DNA of 64,000 bases, taken from positions 435,556-499,555 of the forward strand of contig CP129486.1 of the NCBI GenBank assembly GCA_030584005.1. Direction: 5' to 3'. The DNA comes from Bdellovibrionota bacterium (GTDB lineage Bacteria > Bdellovibrionota_C > UBA2361 > JAFLCA01). A model generated the notes under the pieces. The model had not been told where the DNA came from and did not search any database. It saw only the letters and a list, made by a program, of their open reading frames with translations. Both the position numbers and the translations under genes were made by a program. Within the stretch, counting starts at the first letter, position 1. Every line of letters starts with the position of its first letter. Positions 1 to 10,772 of the stretch are shown piece by piece.

Positions 1-1
1 A

Positions 2-442
2 GATAGAATTTCTATGGCGCACTCGTTGGAAACGCGTACACCTTTTTGGTCCCAGGAATTGGTTGCCCTTGTATCGAAAATCCCGCTGAATCATAAGCTT
101 CGCAACGGCACAACCAAGAGTATATTAAGGGATATCGCTTTTCGATTACTCCCATCTGTGGTTGCGCAGGCACCAAAGAAAGGGTTTCCGACGCCGTTTC
201 GTCTATGGTTCAGATCAGGTCTATACGAATTTCTTCGAGAACGATTGCTTTCAACGTCCAAAGTCGAGCTCTACAGAATCGTGCCGCGTAAGACGATAGA
301 AAGCTTATTGCGTTCTCACAGGAAGATACCATTGCCCTTTGCGCTAGATGAGATTCGCGCTCACAAACTTTGGATCCTATTGTGCCTTGAGTCCTGGGCA
401 AGGCAATTCCACGTGCAATTGAACTGTTCTTACAATGATTAA
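2..442 (+). CDS. asparagine synthetase (AsnB/WbpS-like), C-terminal fragment; 5-prime end outside window
   Basis: frame open from position 2; C-terminal KKGFPTPFRLWF-type region typical of AsnB-like enzymes in polysaccharide loci; end overlaps next gene start by 8 nt. Confidence 0.55.
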   Translation, partial: DRISMAHSLETRTPFWSQELVALVSKIPLNHKLRNGTTKSILRDIAFRLLPSVVAQAPKKGFPTPFRLWFRSGLYEFLRERLLSTSKVELYRIVPRKTIESLLRSHRKIPLPFALDEIRAHKLWILLCLESWARQFHVQLNCSYND

Positions 443-1769
443 TGCTCAAGACTACTGCCTGGCTCAATGCAAGAGGTATTGGCCAAAGGGCGCTACCAGC
501 TTATCCGGTCTAAGCATTGCGCAAAGTCCCTCCGATTGTCTGGGCGAAACAATACCAGCCCTGGTAATGGTGACTATGCCGCCCTGGGCGCTCGATCTCG
601 CCCCGCAAGGACAAATGCTGATCCCGGAAGGCCTCCTTGTAGCGGGAGGAGGAGATCCTTGGGAGAGAGTCGACTGGTGGCAGTCCTTGGCTTGGTTTCT
701 ACGCGGAGGACTCGAAGCTGCCTTTGAGCGTATGCACGGTCCGATACATTCCTACAGTTATCGGTTGCATAACTTTCCGCCAGAACTTTGGCAATTTGCC
801 TGGGCAAATCGCATGGCATTGTTTCTCAGAAGATATGCTTCCAGACGGGCGGCGCGCGATGAAACGGAGATGTTTGGTCCGTTACCGCCGGCACGATTAA
901 TAATGACGCATGACGTGGACGCAATCGACAAAACGGTTGCAATTACGATTAAACAGTCGAGTTTTCTCTTCTATCAGACTATCCGTGAACTCCTGCATTT
1001 GCGCTTTGCCTATGCTTGGACCAATGCTCAACGCTTATTTTCTTTCCTGACACTGCGATGTAACTATCGAGAGGCCCTTATGTCATTGTGTGAAATGGAA
1101 ACACAACTCTCTATCGCGGCCATTTACCATTTTGCCGCGCTTAACCTCAAACAGCGATCCTTGGTTAGCAGATTGTTGGATCCGTCGTACGATTTGCTCG
1201 ATTCATCTGTACAAGAGCTTTTGCGTGAAATCACGGGAAGAGGCCACACGATTGGTTTACACCCTTCATTTGAATCGTGGAATGATGAGCTGACGATGAC
1301 ACAGCAGCGATGTAAGCTCGCTGCAATAACCAGACAACAGATTCTGGTCTCGCGGCAGCATTGGCTACGCTTTAGCTGGCACTCGACTTGGCAATGCCTT
1401 GTGAAAGCGGGAATCACCTTTGATTCCACTCTTGGGTTTAATGATCGTCCCGGTTTTCGCGTTGGTGCCGCACTACGTTACCAACCGTGGATTCCCGGCA
1501 GTGACGATTCCTTGAAGATTGATATTGTCCCGCTGATCCTGATGGACTCGCATATTTTTGATTACTCGAGCTTAAAACCAGAACAACAAGAGTCGACTAT
1601 TCAATCGATAATTGACGAACTAGTATTTGTTCACGGAGAGGCGGCAATACTGTGGCACCCTCACACACTCTCGGAAGACTATGGCTGGAGTCCCAGCTTT
1701 CTGGCTGTTCTCAAATATGTGGTATCCATGAGAGAGCAGGGGAAGATTGAAGTTGCGACCTCGCAGTAA
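435..1769 (+). CDS. polysaccharide deacetylase-like (CE4-like) protein
   Basis: 444-aa ORF; MTHDVDA and GLHPSFESW blocks resemble Asp/His motifs of the polysaccharide deacetylase superfamily. Confidence 0.5.
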   Translation: MINAQDYCLAQCKRYWPKGATSLSGLSIAQSPSDCLGETIPALVMVTMPPWALDLAPQGQMLIPEGLLVAGGGDPWERVDWWQSLAWFLRGGLEAAFERMHGPIHSYSYRLHNFPPELWQFAWANRMALFLRRYASRRAARDETEMFGPLPPARLIMTHDVDAIDKTVAITIKQSSFLFYQTIRELLHLRFAYAWTNAQRLFSFLTLRCNYREALMSLCEMETQLSIAAIYHFAALNLKQRSLVSRLLDPSYDLLDSSVQELLREITGRGHTIGLHPSFESWNDELTMTQQRCKLAAITRQQILVSRQHWLRFSWHSTWQCLVKAGITFDSTLGFNDRPGFRVGAALRYQPWIPGSDDSLKIDIVPLILMDSHIFDYSSLKPEQQESTIQSIIDELVFVHGEAAILWHPHTLSEDYGWSPSFLAVLKYVVSMREQGKIEVATSQ

Positions 1770-1822
1770 AGTAATCAGAATGCGGTGCCCGCGAAGTCCG
1801 TGCTAGGAGAGTATGCTTTTCA

Positions 1823-3418
1823 ATGAACGATAACCCTTACCTTACACAGATTAACCTCGTTCTGCCTCGTGTCTTGGGTCTTCTGAATACTGACCCGCTA
1901 CATCCACTGTGTGGCCTAGGTGATCGATATTTTTGGGCCTGGAAGTTAATCGATTTCCCCAATGGTTCATTTCAAGGCATAGCTCATGGACTGTCAGTTC
2001 TCATGGACGCGGGTCTCCTACCTGAAAAGCTACCAGAACCCTACGTTCTTCATCTGGTAGACCGAATTTTCTCGGCAACAGCAAAAATTGCTCGTCGTGA
2101 TGGAAGCTTGGAGGAGGCATTTCCATTTGAAGGATCTTTTTGCGTTACCGCCTTAGTTGCGTATGACTTACTTTCCGCCATTAAAGTGTTGAGGCCTCGC
2201 ATCGATGAACACCGTTTTCAGCGATACCTCAATGTTATTCGTCCACTAATCCGATTTGTTCGCAATAGCGATGAGACTCACGGACGCATCTCAAATCATC
2301 TGATGGTTGCCGCGTTGGTGTTATTGGACTGGCACGCGCTGACCCAAGACGACACACAGATTAAAGCCCGTTCATTATTGGACCGCATTGAAGGGTGCTA
2401 CTCGGAGGAAGGTTGGTTTACCGAATATGATGGAGCTGATGCAGGCTATCAGACGATCACTCATTGGTTTTTGGCGGAACTTTGCGAACGATATGAACAA
2501 GGACGATTCGCTCAATACCTCCTCCAGGCAACTAAGTTTCTCTCCTTTTTCATCCATCCTGACGGTTCTTTCGGGGGCACGTATGGAAGTCGAAATACGC
2601 GTTTCTTTTCACCGAGTGGCTTCGAGCAGATTGCTCATAACGACCCAATCGCTGCGGGCGTGGCACAGACGATGAGGTCATCGATCGAAAAGGGAGCAGT
2701 GGTCAATTTATCGGCAGTTGACGATCATAATCTTCCAATGTTGTTTAACTCCTACTGCAGAGCAGCGAAATTCCTCCATCAAAGAACCTCACCCGTGCTT
2801 ATGATGGAGCCACCGTGTCGACAAAGTGAATCGTGGAGCAAGAAGTTTCCCGAAGCTGGGTTGGTTGTAGAAAATAGCCCTCAGAGTTACACAGTGATTT
2901 CTTGGCATAAGGGAGGTGTCGTCTACCATTTTGTCAAAGATAGCAAAAAAGCCTATATTGACTGCGGCCCGGTGGGTCGCGATTCCAACGGGCGTCTTTT
3001 TTGTTGCCAACTCATGAATCCAGAGAATGAGCTGTCACTTGGGTCAAACGAATACATTGTGACTGCGCCATTTGTTCGACTCTCTTATCCAACTCCTTCG
3101 CCCTCTCAATTTCTGGTGCTTCGATCGGCATGTTGTACGTTTATGAGACTTCGCCCCCTAAGGGAATTTATAAAACGATTACTCGTCCAACATCTTATCC
3201 CCCGGTCCAGGCCCAGCATGACGATTAATCGAAGGCATATCCGTATTGTGAATGGAGTTCTCAAGATCGAGGACAGAATAATAGAGAACCACGCGGCCTT
3301 ACAACCAGTTTCAATGAACGGCCAAGTTTTCTGGGCTGTCCATATGGCAAGTCAGGGATATTGGCAAATCGGAGATGTCCGATGCACATCGAGTGAAATG
3401 ATCGATGGCGCGATATGA
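1823..3418 (+). CDS. hypothetical protein, possibly heparinase II/III-like / polysaccharide-lyase fold (guess from context)
   Basis: 531-aa ORF, protein-like composition, co-directional, stop overlaps next start. Confidence 0.45.
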   Translation: MNDNPYLTQINLVLPRVLGLLNTDPLHPLCGLGDRYFWAWKLIDFPNGSFQGIAHGLSVLMDAGLLPEKLPEPYVLHLVDRIFSATAKIARRDGSLEEAFPFEGSFCVTALVAYDLLSAIKVLRPRIDEHRFQRYLNVIRPLIRFVRNSDETHGRISNHLMVAALVLLDWHALTQDDTQIKARSLLDRIEGCYSEEGWFTEYDGADAGYQTITHWFLAELCERYEQGRFAQYLLQATKFLSFFIHPDGSFGGTYGSRNTRFFSPSGFEQIAHNDPIAAGVAQTMRSSIEKGAVVNLSAVDDHNLPMLFNSYCRAAKFLHQRTSPVLMMEPPCRQSESWSKKFPEAGLVVENSPQSYTVISWHKGGVVYHFVKDSKKAYIDCGPVGRDSNGRLFCCQLMNPENELSLGSNEYIVTAPFVRLSYPTPSPSQFLVLRSACCTFMRLRPLREFIKRLLVQHLIPRSRPSMTINRRHIRIVNGVLKIEDRIIENHAALQPVSMNGQVFWAVHMASQGYWQIGDVRCTSSEMIDGAI

Positions 3419-4629
3419 TCCCCTGCTTTCAACCCCCTATTTCGTGGCATGGAATCTTTGATTCTTTCCTCCCTTCCAAAGGAGATTTGATTCAGCAGTT
3501 TGAGGAAGAGTTTGCGGCAAAGTTTCAACATAGATTCGCGGTCGGGTTTCCCTATGGGCGAACCGCACTGTTCTGCTTGCTAAGAGCGTTGGGAGTATCA
3601 GGAAAGGAAGTCATTGTACCTGCCTATACGTGCGTGGTCGTGCCCCATTCTGTAGTGCGTAGCGGAAACGAGCCGGTATTCATTGATTGCTGCGATCATG
3701 ATTGTAATATGGACCTTATTCAGGCGTCCGACGCCATCAATTCGAAGACCGCGGCATTAATTGCTACCTCAATCTTTGGTAGTCCAATAAACCTAGATCA
3801 GCTGAATAATATTCAAAGCAAGTATCCTCAGTTAATAATTGTTCAAGATTGCGCGCATAGTTTTGCAGCGACATGGTCAGATAAACCTGTGCAACGGGAG
3901 GGACATGCGGCGATTTACGGCCTGAATGTGAGTAAGTTAATAAGTTCAGTTTTCGGAGGAATGGTTGGTACAGATGATCCGATGTTGGCTCAGGAATTAA
4001 TCAGCATTCGCGACAAAGAAATCCAGCGAAGCACAGTATGGACTGATTGCATGCGACGTTTGTATCTCTTGCTCTGCAAAGCCGCATTTAGCCGTTCGTT
4101 GTATCGCTTCACATACCTTCTCAAGAAACGTGAACAACTTGCACGCTGGACAAAATATTACGATCAGAGCTGTATCAGTATGCCGAAAGATTGGCTTGAA
4201 CAGATGTCGAATTTCCAAGCGGCGATTGGCATTGAACAGTTGCCCCACTTTGACGAGTTCATACTTCATCGCAGAGAAACCGCACGTTACTATAGATCAC
4301 AATTAGAGAGCTTACCGCCGTGGATAACGTTAATGCCCGATACTGAAGGATGTACCTACTCGCATTTTACGCTTTTCTCTCCCCGTCGCGGTCAAATCGA
4401 AGCCGCCATGTCCAAGCGAGGCGTTGAAGTGGGCCTCGTCATTGACTACTGCGTACCGGATTTTGATGCCTACCGAGTTCGTACTGGTGCTAGGTATAAT
4501 TATCCCATTAGCAGGAGACTGGCAGCGCAAGCATTCAATTTGCCAATTTTTCCGGGTGTAAACAGAAGTCATGTCATCGGCGCCTTAGGGGATTCAATCG
4601 CCGAAATTGCGAGCACAATCGCCCGTTAG
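3415..4629 (+). CDS. DegT/DnrJ/EryC1/StrS-family PLP-dependent sugar aminotransferase
   Basis: GRTALFCLLRALG...VIVPAYTCVVVPHSV and DCAHSF blocks characteristic of DegT family. Confidence 0.7.
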   Translation: MIPCFQPPISWHGIFDSFLPSKGDLIQQFEEEFAAKFQHRFAVGFPYGRTALFCLLRALGVSGKEVIVPAYTCVVVPHSVVRSGNEPVFIDCCDHDCNMDLIQASDAINSKTAALIATSIFGSPINLDQLNNIQSKYPQLIIVQDCAHSFAATWSDKPVQREGHAAIYGLNVSKLISSVFGGMVGTDDPMLAQELISIRDKEIQRSTVWTDCMRRLYLLLCKAAFSRSLYRFTYLLKKREQLARWTKYYDQSCISMPKDWLEQMSNFQAAIGIEQLPHFDEFILHRRETARYYRSQLESLPPWITLMPDTEGCTYSHFTLFSPRRGQIEAAMSKRGVEVGLVIDYCVPDFDAYRVRTGARYNYPISRRLAAQAFNLPIFPGVNRSHVIGALGDSIAEIASTIAR

Positions 4630-5488
4630 TATTGACATTTTCGTATCATTCGCGGCAATTGAACCCTTGGAGCAGGGTGTTTTAGTAAGTATATTTAAAT
4701 CAATTGAAATGCCACGATTTCGACTCGGATCATACATGCCTCCGAAAATATCTACTGCTCTGTTTGGCGACAGGGCGCAGCATGGCTTGGCCGTACGACC
4801 CGACGATCCGCATTGGATAGAATGGCAGACAAGGTCCCTTGAATTTTATCAAAGTACACAGCGCAGTCGTTTTGGTTTTTGGATAAACCGTCTCGGATAT
4901 CGGGTGCTCTCAACAATCGATCTTTCTGGGAAAAAAGTACTGGAAGTGGGTGGTGGTGACATTCGACATTGTGAGTTTTGGAATGGCATGCCGCAGGATT
5001 ATACAGTCGTCGACAGTGATTGCAAAATGCTAGATTGTGCTTCTGAGAGCCTTCAGAAGAGAGGTATTTCAGCTCGTCGCATACTTCTGCCGCGCAAATG
5101 GCATGAGATGACTGACCTTGACCTTCCCGCCTCCGATGTCGTTGTGATGTTTTATTGTCTGGAGCATTTACATCCGCTGAACATGTACGTCGAAAAACTG
5201 GCTGCGACTCTTAGTCCAGGTGGAGTCTTAGTGGGTGCTGTGCCGTGTGAGGGCGGAATAGCATGGGGCCTCGGTCGATTAGTAACGTCGCGACGTTGGC
5301 TACGCCGAAATACCGATATTGATCCGGATAAAATAATCTGTTGGGAGCATCCGAATTTTGTTGATACGATTATCGAAACACTCGATGTCTACTTGAGTCG
5401 GGAATACTTGTCGTTCTCTCCCTGGAGAATACCAAATCTAGATGCAAACCTTATCGCCTCATTCGTCTATTCCAAACGACGTGTGTAA
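4607..5488 (+). CDS. class I SAM-dependent methyltransferase
   Basis: VLEVGGGDIRH glycine-rich motif I; true start more likely the ATG near 4711 (MPRFRLG...) since 4607 overlaps upstream gene. Confidence 0.6.
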   Translation: MRAQSPVSIDIFVSFAAIEPLEQGVLVSIFKSIEMPRFRLGSYMPPKISTALFGDRAQHGLAVRPDDPHWIEWQTRSLEFYQSTQRSRFGFWINRLGYRVLSTIDLSGKKVLEVGGGDIRHCEFWNGMPQDYTVVDSDCKMLDCASESLQKRGISARRILLPRKWHEMTDLDLPASDVVVMFYCLEHLHPLNMYVEKLAATLSPGGVLVGAVPCEGGIAWGLGRLVTSRRWLRRNTDIDPDKIICWEHPNFVDTIIETLDVYLSREYLSFSPWRIPNLDANLIASFVYSKRRV

Positions 5489-5679
5489 AATTTGTGCGGA
5501 GCACGATATGATTACTACGCAAGTTGAATACCAGCCGCGCTGGACTTTCAATTTACCAGTGGTTTCGGGTGCTAATACGAAACGGGTTTATCACGCGATG
5601 TTGGAATCTATTGAAGCGGCAGACGCAGCAAAGTTACAATACATTTATTTTTATTTAGCAAACGGAAGTTTTACTAGGA

Positions 5680-6735
5680 ATGGAGCCTATCGTTCAGCGT
5701 ACTTCAGATTTAGATGAGGCGATGCAATGGGGATGGGATCGAATGGTGTCTTCTGTAAGCTACGCACCACTATTTGCAACATTAAAATGGATCGCAATTA
5801 TTAGAGATGTTTATCATCTGACCCCACTGCTTATCCTTATTCGACGTGGATCGGAATTTTGTGCCATTACTGGTTTTACACGAAAGCGAATTTTTGCAAG
5901 TCCGTCTTATATCTCAATGCCGTTCAATTTCTATGCACCGATTGTATATTCTCACGAAGACCTTGTTCCGCTGGCATTTGAAGTCTTGAATGACCTACCA
6001 TTTGAGCGAGTAGTACTGAACCACGCTCTCCCTCCCCAATTATCAAAAGGCATCGAGTCGCACTCAGTCGAATCGTATATCAACCTCGAGTGCTCTGAGC
6101 CAGAGCTGAAAGATCGTTTTAGCAAAGGGATGTATCACGATTCTCTCCGACGAGAGCGAAGAAGTGCGGAGCAGGGAGTTACCTTCGACTTTCTCAAAAC
6201 AGAGGAGGAACTACGAAGTTTCTATTTATTGGCGGTTCGCTTTTATCAAAAGCGCTTCGCCATGATTTTCCATCCTGAATCGCTTTTTAAGCGAATCTTT
6301 ACTGATCTGATTCCCAATGATCAAGCACGCATCTACACCGCAAGGTATCGAAGCAAAATTATAGCGGGGTTGGTCATCCTGCGGGCCACCAATTCCAGCC
6401 ATTACGCGTGGGGAATAAGTGATACTGAACACTACCATTTAAGTTTGAATAAGGTTTTGCTAAGGAAAGCCATTATCGACGCCCATTCGGAAGGTCATAT
6501 ATCGTTCAATCTTGGTACCACCCCTCTTAGCAATTCAAATTTACTTGAGTACAAGAGAATGTGGGGTGGAACATCAGTCCCGGTGATGATTACCTGCGTT
6601 AAAGGACACTTCGAGTTACCAAACTACGAACGAGACGTGAAGGTAAGATTGTTTGGCCCTCTCGTTCGTCGAATTCCTGCGCCAATGCTAAAAAGAATTT
6701 TGCCCTACGTCGTTCCCCATCTGGTCGGAATTTAA
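5680..6735 (+). CDS. FemAB-like / GNAT-fold acyltransferase (Acetyltransf_6-like)
   Basis: C-terminal YAWGISD...LNKVLLRKAIIDAHSEGHISFNLGTT...LLEYKRMWGG block resembles FemAB/BioF2-like acyltransferases of polysaccharide loci. Confidence 0.45.
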   Translation: MEPIVQRTSDLDEAMQWGWDRMVSSVSYAPLFATLKWIAIIRDVYHLTPLLILIRRGSEFCAITGFTRKRIFASPSYISMPFNFYAPIVYSHEDLVPLAFEVLNDLPFERVVLNHALPPQLSKGIESHSVESYINLECSEPELKDRFSKGMYHDSLRRERRSAEQGVTFDFLKTEEELRSFYLLAVRFYQKRFAMIFHPESLFKRIFTDLIPNDQARIYTARYRSKIIAGLVILRATNSSHYAWGISDTEHYHLSLNKVLLRKAIIDAHSEGHISFNLGTTPLSNSNLLEYKRMWGGTSVPVMITCVKGHFELPNYERDVKVRLFGPLVRRIPAPMLKRILPYVVPHLVGI

Positions 6736-7517
6736 TGAAAAGAATCGGCATATTGATAGGACCGTATCCCTGGCTTCTCGATCAAGCAGACCTCATAGTA
6801 ACTGCTGTAGGGGCGGACCGTTGCCACCTCATAATCCATGATTATTCAGGATGGAAAAGCCAGTACATCGAAGCAAGACGGCGAGTGCGCCGATATGGAG
6901 TGTGCGGCACCATAAACCAAGTCGCCTTCTACTTACTCGCTAGCCGCCTCGAATCTGAGCGCGACGAGCGAACGTGGAGGGAAGTATTTGACCGTTTTCA
7001 TCGTAAGTATCCTCGGCTCCCTATTGCTACAATTCAAGATGTCAACAGCCTCGAAATGCACGCTATCTTAACGAATGCAGAATTAGATCTATTAGTAAAT
7101 ATGGGGGGTGGCTTGATGAAGGCGGCTACATTCAATCGTCCAAAAATGGGTACGATAAATGTACATCCAGGTTTAGTGCCTTACTATCGCGGAGCGAATG
7201 CAAATTTTTGGGCGGTGTATCACAATGATTTCAAAAAGGTCGGCGTCACTGTGCATCAAGTAGATTCGGGAGTTGACAGCGGACCGGTAATTCTCACAGC
7301 TACGATTCCGGTCTACAAGGATGATTCGTTGTTGAAGATTACACGACGTGCGTATGAAAGCGGTGTTAATATGCTAATTACTGCGTTAGTACAGTTTCAA
7401 TCAAGCGGCAACTTGCCGCCCGCAAAGGCATGCGACGATAAGTTCGCCGCCTATGGATGGTATGGACTTACTCATTATCTTAGGTTTCTCTCAAGACTGA
7501 AATCGCTGAATGATTAG
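6735..7517 (+). CDS. formyltransferase-family protein (Fmt/ArnA N-domain-like)
   Basis: INVHPGLVPYYRGANANFWA ... VTVHQVDSGVDSGPV matches formyl-transferase catalytic core; start overlaps preceding stop (TAATG). Confidence 0.65.
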   Translation: MKRIGILIGPYPWLLDQADLIVTAVGADRCHLIIHDYSGWKSQYIEARRRVRRYGVCGTINQVAFYLLASRLESERDERTWREVFDRFHRKYPRLPIATIQDVNSLEMHAILTNAELDLLVNMGGGLMKAATFNRPKMGTINVHPGLVPYYRGANANFWAVYHNDFKKVGVTVHQVDSGVDSGPVILTATIPVYKDDSLLKITRRAYESGVNMLITALVQFQSSGNLPPAKACDDKFAAYGWYGLTHYLRFLSRLKSLND

Positions 7518-9346
7518 AGACAGGAATTGCGATAGACGTCGAAAATGTCGTTCGAGTATACATGCACTAAAGTTCGTTGCGAATTATTAAGAGCGCCCCG
7601 AGTAACGAGAAAATCTGCCTTCAGTTCGTTCATGAGGTTACATAGCTTTCCTTCATTTGAGTCATAAATCCAACTTATATTGCCAAGAAAACTGCGACCA
7701 TCTAAGCACGCATACGGCGGAGAGTCTGTAGCCTTAATCATCTCATCAACTGGAACACCAAGAAGACTCGCGCGCCTTATGCCCTCCTGGTACATAAGTC
7801 CATTGTTAGTGTAAGCCCAGTGGTACAACCACTCGCGAATATTGCCTGCCTCGGCACGATTTGCCAAATCTCGAAACCCGGAGCCCATTGTTGGATCAAT
7901 AAAGAAAACGCTACCAGGATTAGAATTCACTTGCGCCCACCCCGCGAGCTGCTGAACGGCCCGTGACAATCTTATTTGCGCTGAACTTAATGCTCCCACC
8001 GGAGGAACAAGAGTCGCGATACTCACCAAGATACAAGCAAGTGCCCTCATTCGAAATGACTTGGCCTGCCTATTAAGGAAAATAACAAATACGAGAGGAA
8101 TGACTACAAGAAGCAGCGTAAGTCCCAGTATGGTCCTCACATCAATCTGCGACGGTTTAAACCAGACACCATACAGATAGGGCAAAGCCAACGGCAAAAC
8201 AAGAAGTGAAATCTTGAGTGGTTCTTTCAGTTTCGTGGTTTGATCGAACTCGTGAAGAAGTACTGCGATTGAGTACGCCAATGCGAGAACAATCAGAAGA
8301 TCGCTTGATCTATGTAGCGAGATTTTGATCAATGCTGGACTGATTGGAACTGCAGAAATAGCTATTCCCAACAGCACCATACTAAGTATCGCAATACAGC
8401 CACGTCGCACTGTTCGATCAAGTTCGCTGTACCGTATATTCCGCCAAAATATTTGCATTCCTCGAAATAAGATACAGATTAAGAGGACTGCGCAAGTCGT
8501 CCCTGTCAAATTCCTAAGCGGATAAAAATGGCAGCTGAAAATCTGTGTAAACCGAAACCATGCATCTGCCGGAACGGCAATTTGCAATAGGTTATTTGCC
8601 TCAAATTGAGTTGCAATCCACCATCCTGCTATTGCAAGTGAAACGAAGATCGCTGCAACCTCTCGAGCACCAGGGCGTCCCGCACCATACCGCATAGCCA
8701 GCAATATTATCGAAGTGGTAAGCCCCTGAGTCGGATGAATGGTAAAGATCATTGCAACTATAAGAATAGCGGTGCAATTTCTGCCCGTCAGCATTGACGC
8801 AATAGTCAAAAAACGGAGCGCATCAACAACATTGTAGAATTGCCCTGAAAAAAAAGGTTGCGCATATCCGGCGATGTTTATCGAACGCAGGCTCGTCGAG
8901 CTGGCATAAAGAATTACCAAAAACGGGACAATGGGATTGGAATCTAATCGCAATGCATGAACAAGCAAAAATAGTGAGATTGTAAGAAGGAGGTAATCTA
9001 CGGCAGTAATCCACTGAACGGTTACAGTCGGTGTCTGACCGAGAGCAGCTGCGATTGTGTATATTATTGAGAATGAAGACTTCGAAAATATTTCAACCCC
9101 ACTGGGATAACCATTTACATAATTTTCTGGGAATTGCTTGGTTTGCATCCATGAAAGCGGGCTAAACCCAGACAAAGCAATTCGATCGAAGACTATCGGA
9201 ATCTGCTGAATTAGTTGATACGCTAAGAAACATACCAGAATTGACACATAAAAGACCCATTCACGACTTTCTGTGTCTTTGTAAAACCGACTTGGAGAAA
9301 TCCAAGAGAAAACCTGTCTCAGTCGACTATCATTTGATACCGTCAC
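7514..9346 (-). CDS. large polytopic membrane protein, candidate Wzy-type polymerase or membrane glycosyltransferase
   Basis: 610 aa, >10 hydrophobic segments plus ~170-aa soluble C-terminal domain; sits between sugar-modification genes and flippase. Confidence 0.45.
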   Translation of the reverse strand: MTVSNDSRLRQVFSWISPSRFYKDTESREWVFYVSILVCFLAYQLIQQIPIVFDRIALSGFSPLSWMQTKQFPENYVNGYPSGVEIFSKSSFSIIYTIAAALGQTPTVTVQWITAVDYLLLTISLFLLVHALRLDSNPIVPFLVILYASSTSLRSINIAGYAQPFFSGQFYNVVDALRFLTIASMLTGRNCTAILIVAMIFTIHPTQGLTTSIILLAMRYGAGRPGAREVAAIFVSLAIAGWWIATQFEANNLLQIAVPADAWFRFTQIFSCHFYPLRNLTGTTCAVLLICILFRGMQIFWRNIRYSELDRTVRRGCIAILSMVLLGIAISAVPISPALIKISLHRSSDLLIVLALAYSIAVLLHEFDQTTKLKEPLKISLLVLPLALPYLYGVWFKPSQIDVRTILGLTLLLVVIPLVFVIFLNRQAKSFRMRALACILVSIATLVPPVGALSSAQIRLSRAVQQLAGWAQVNSNPGSVFFIDPTMGSGFRDLANRAEAGNIREWLYHWAYTNNGLMYQEGIRRASLLGVPVDEMIKATDSPPYACLDGRSFLGNISWIYDSNEGKLCNLMNELKADFLVTRGALNNSQRTLVHVYSNDIFDVYRNSCL

Positions 9347-9350
9347 TCGT

Positions 9351-10682
9351 ATGCTCTCACTCTTGAAGCAGTTTTATTGGAACGGGGGTCCTAACACGCC
9401 TTCCGTCGCAACTGTTCTATTCGGTTTATCCTGTAACGTCTTCCGCCTTGTACTTACCTTCCTCACAACAATTGTTGTCGCTCGATATTTAGGGGCCAAC
9501 GACTATGGGGTACTTGCGATCATTCTGGCCTATACATACCCGTTTATATACCTCCTGACTCTTGGTTTCGACAATGCGCTTCCAACTTTGGTTGAGCGGT
9601 GGCAGAGAAATGGCATTGGGGATGTTGCAGATCTTAAATTTCAGGTGGCTTGTTTAGTAGGATTTTGCGTATTTGCGATCCTTTTTATTACCGGACTGGC
9701 AATTGAGTTGAATGTGGTTCCACAAGTAATTGCCTCGCACCAAATCGTGACATATCTGCTCATGGCACAAGCGGGAGCATGGGCATTCGGAAGTATCTTC
9801 AACGGTGTCTTAAGAAGTCGCAATTTGATTGTTCCAGGTATTCTGCGAGAACACGTGATATTTCCTGTGTTCCACTTGCTACTTTCAGCTATCGCTTTGT
9901 CGTGGCTACACGGTGGGTTGCATGCCTATGCATCAGCATATCTTCTCAGCACCACCTTTGCTTCGGCTATTCTTTTCTTTATAGCGCTGAAAAACGACGC
10001 CATCCAAATGCGCTCACTGAATAAGTTGTCTCGAACAATTCGAACTGTTCAAGAAGTCATTCCCCTCTCAGCCATGGCCGCTCTCGATATGCTCATCTCT
10101 TCAGTGAGTATTATGGTTCTAGCCAACTATGTATCGCATCAAGAAGTAGCGACTTTCGCAATTGGGTTGCGCGTGTGTCAGTTAACTCAGATTGCTGCCG
10201 TTTCAGTTTCTCCATACATCGCGGTGCAACTCCTCAATCAATTTAAAAACCAAGTTATCATCCACCCACTGACGCACATCCGTTCTCCTCTCATTGTCGG
10301 AGCGTTAGGGGCAGCTGTTACAGCCACGCTGCTCATTGTTCTGGAACCTTGGGTCTGGTGGATCTTTGGTCTTTCTACGGCTTCTGCCCCAATGTTACTT
10401 CCTATACTCCTACTGGGATTCATTTCGGAGGCATGCAATCTTATTCTTCGCCAAGTGCTAGTTGCCACAGGGTCTAATCGCATCAATTTGGTCAGTTCTA
10501 TAGTAGGGGTGTTCTGCACTCTATTACTGACGACCATATTGTGTCCCACCTATGGATTAATTGGAGCTGCAATTGCCCTTGCGGTTGCTACTTTGGTTGC
10601 AATGCTCATGCGGGTAAGAGCAATCTTGGATCTCCCTCAGCTCTCGGGACAGTCTAAGAGTGCGGCTATTTCTAAACTTTAG
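9351..10682 (+). CDS. Wzx-like polysaccharide flippase (MOP superfamily)
   Basis: 443 aa, ~12 TM segments, N-terminal ...TTIVVARYLGANDYGVLAI... flippase signature. Confidence 0.6.
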   Translation: MLSLLKQFYWNGGPNTPSVATVLFGLSCNVFRLVLTFLTTIVVARYLGANDYGVLAIILAYTYPFIYLLTLGFDNALPTLVERWQRNGIGDVADLKFQVACLVGFCVFAILFITGLAIELNVVPQVIASHQIVTYLLMAQAGAWAFGSIFNGVLRSRNLIVPGILREHVIFPVFHLLLSAIALSWLHGGLHAYASAYLLSTTFASAILFFIALKNDAIQMRSLNKLSRTIRTVQEVIPLSAMAALDMLISSVSIMVLANYVSHQEVATFAIGLRVCQLTQIAAVSVSPYIAVQLLNQFKNQVIIHPLTHIRSPLIVGALGAAVTATLLIVLEPWVWWIFGLSTASAPMLLPILLLGFISEACNLILRQVLVATGSNRINLVSSIVGVFCTLLLTTILCPTYGLIGAAIALAVATLVAMLMRVRAILDLPQLSGQSKSAAISKL

Positions 10683-10772
10683 CTTTAGGACTCGTCTCTA
10701 CAATTGTCCATAGGAATCATAGAAGAGATTTAAAATTGTTTGGAGTACATTTGATTACACTGTCCAGCCCCC

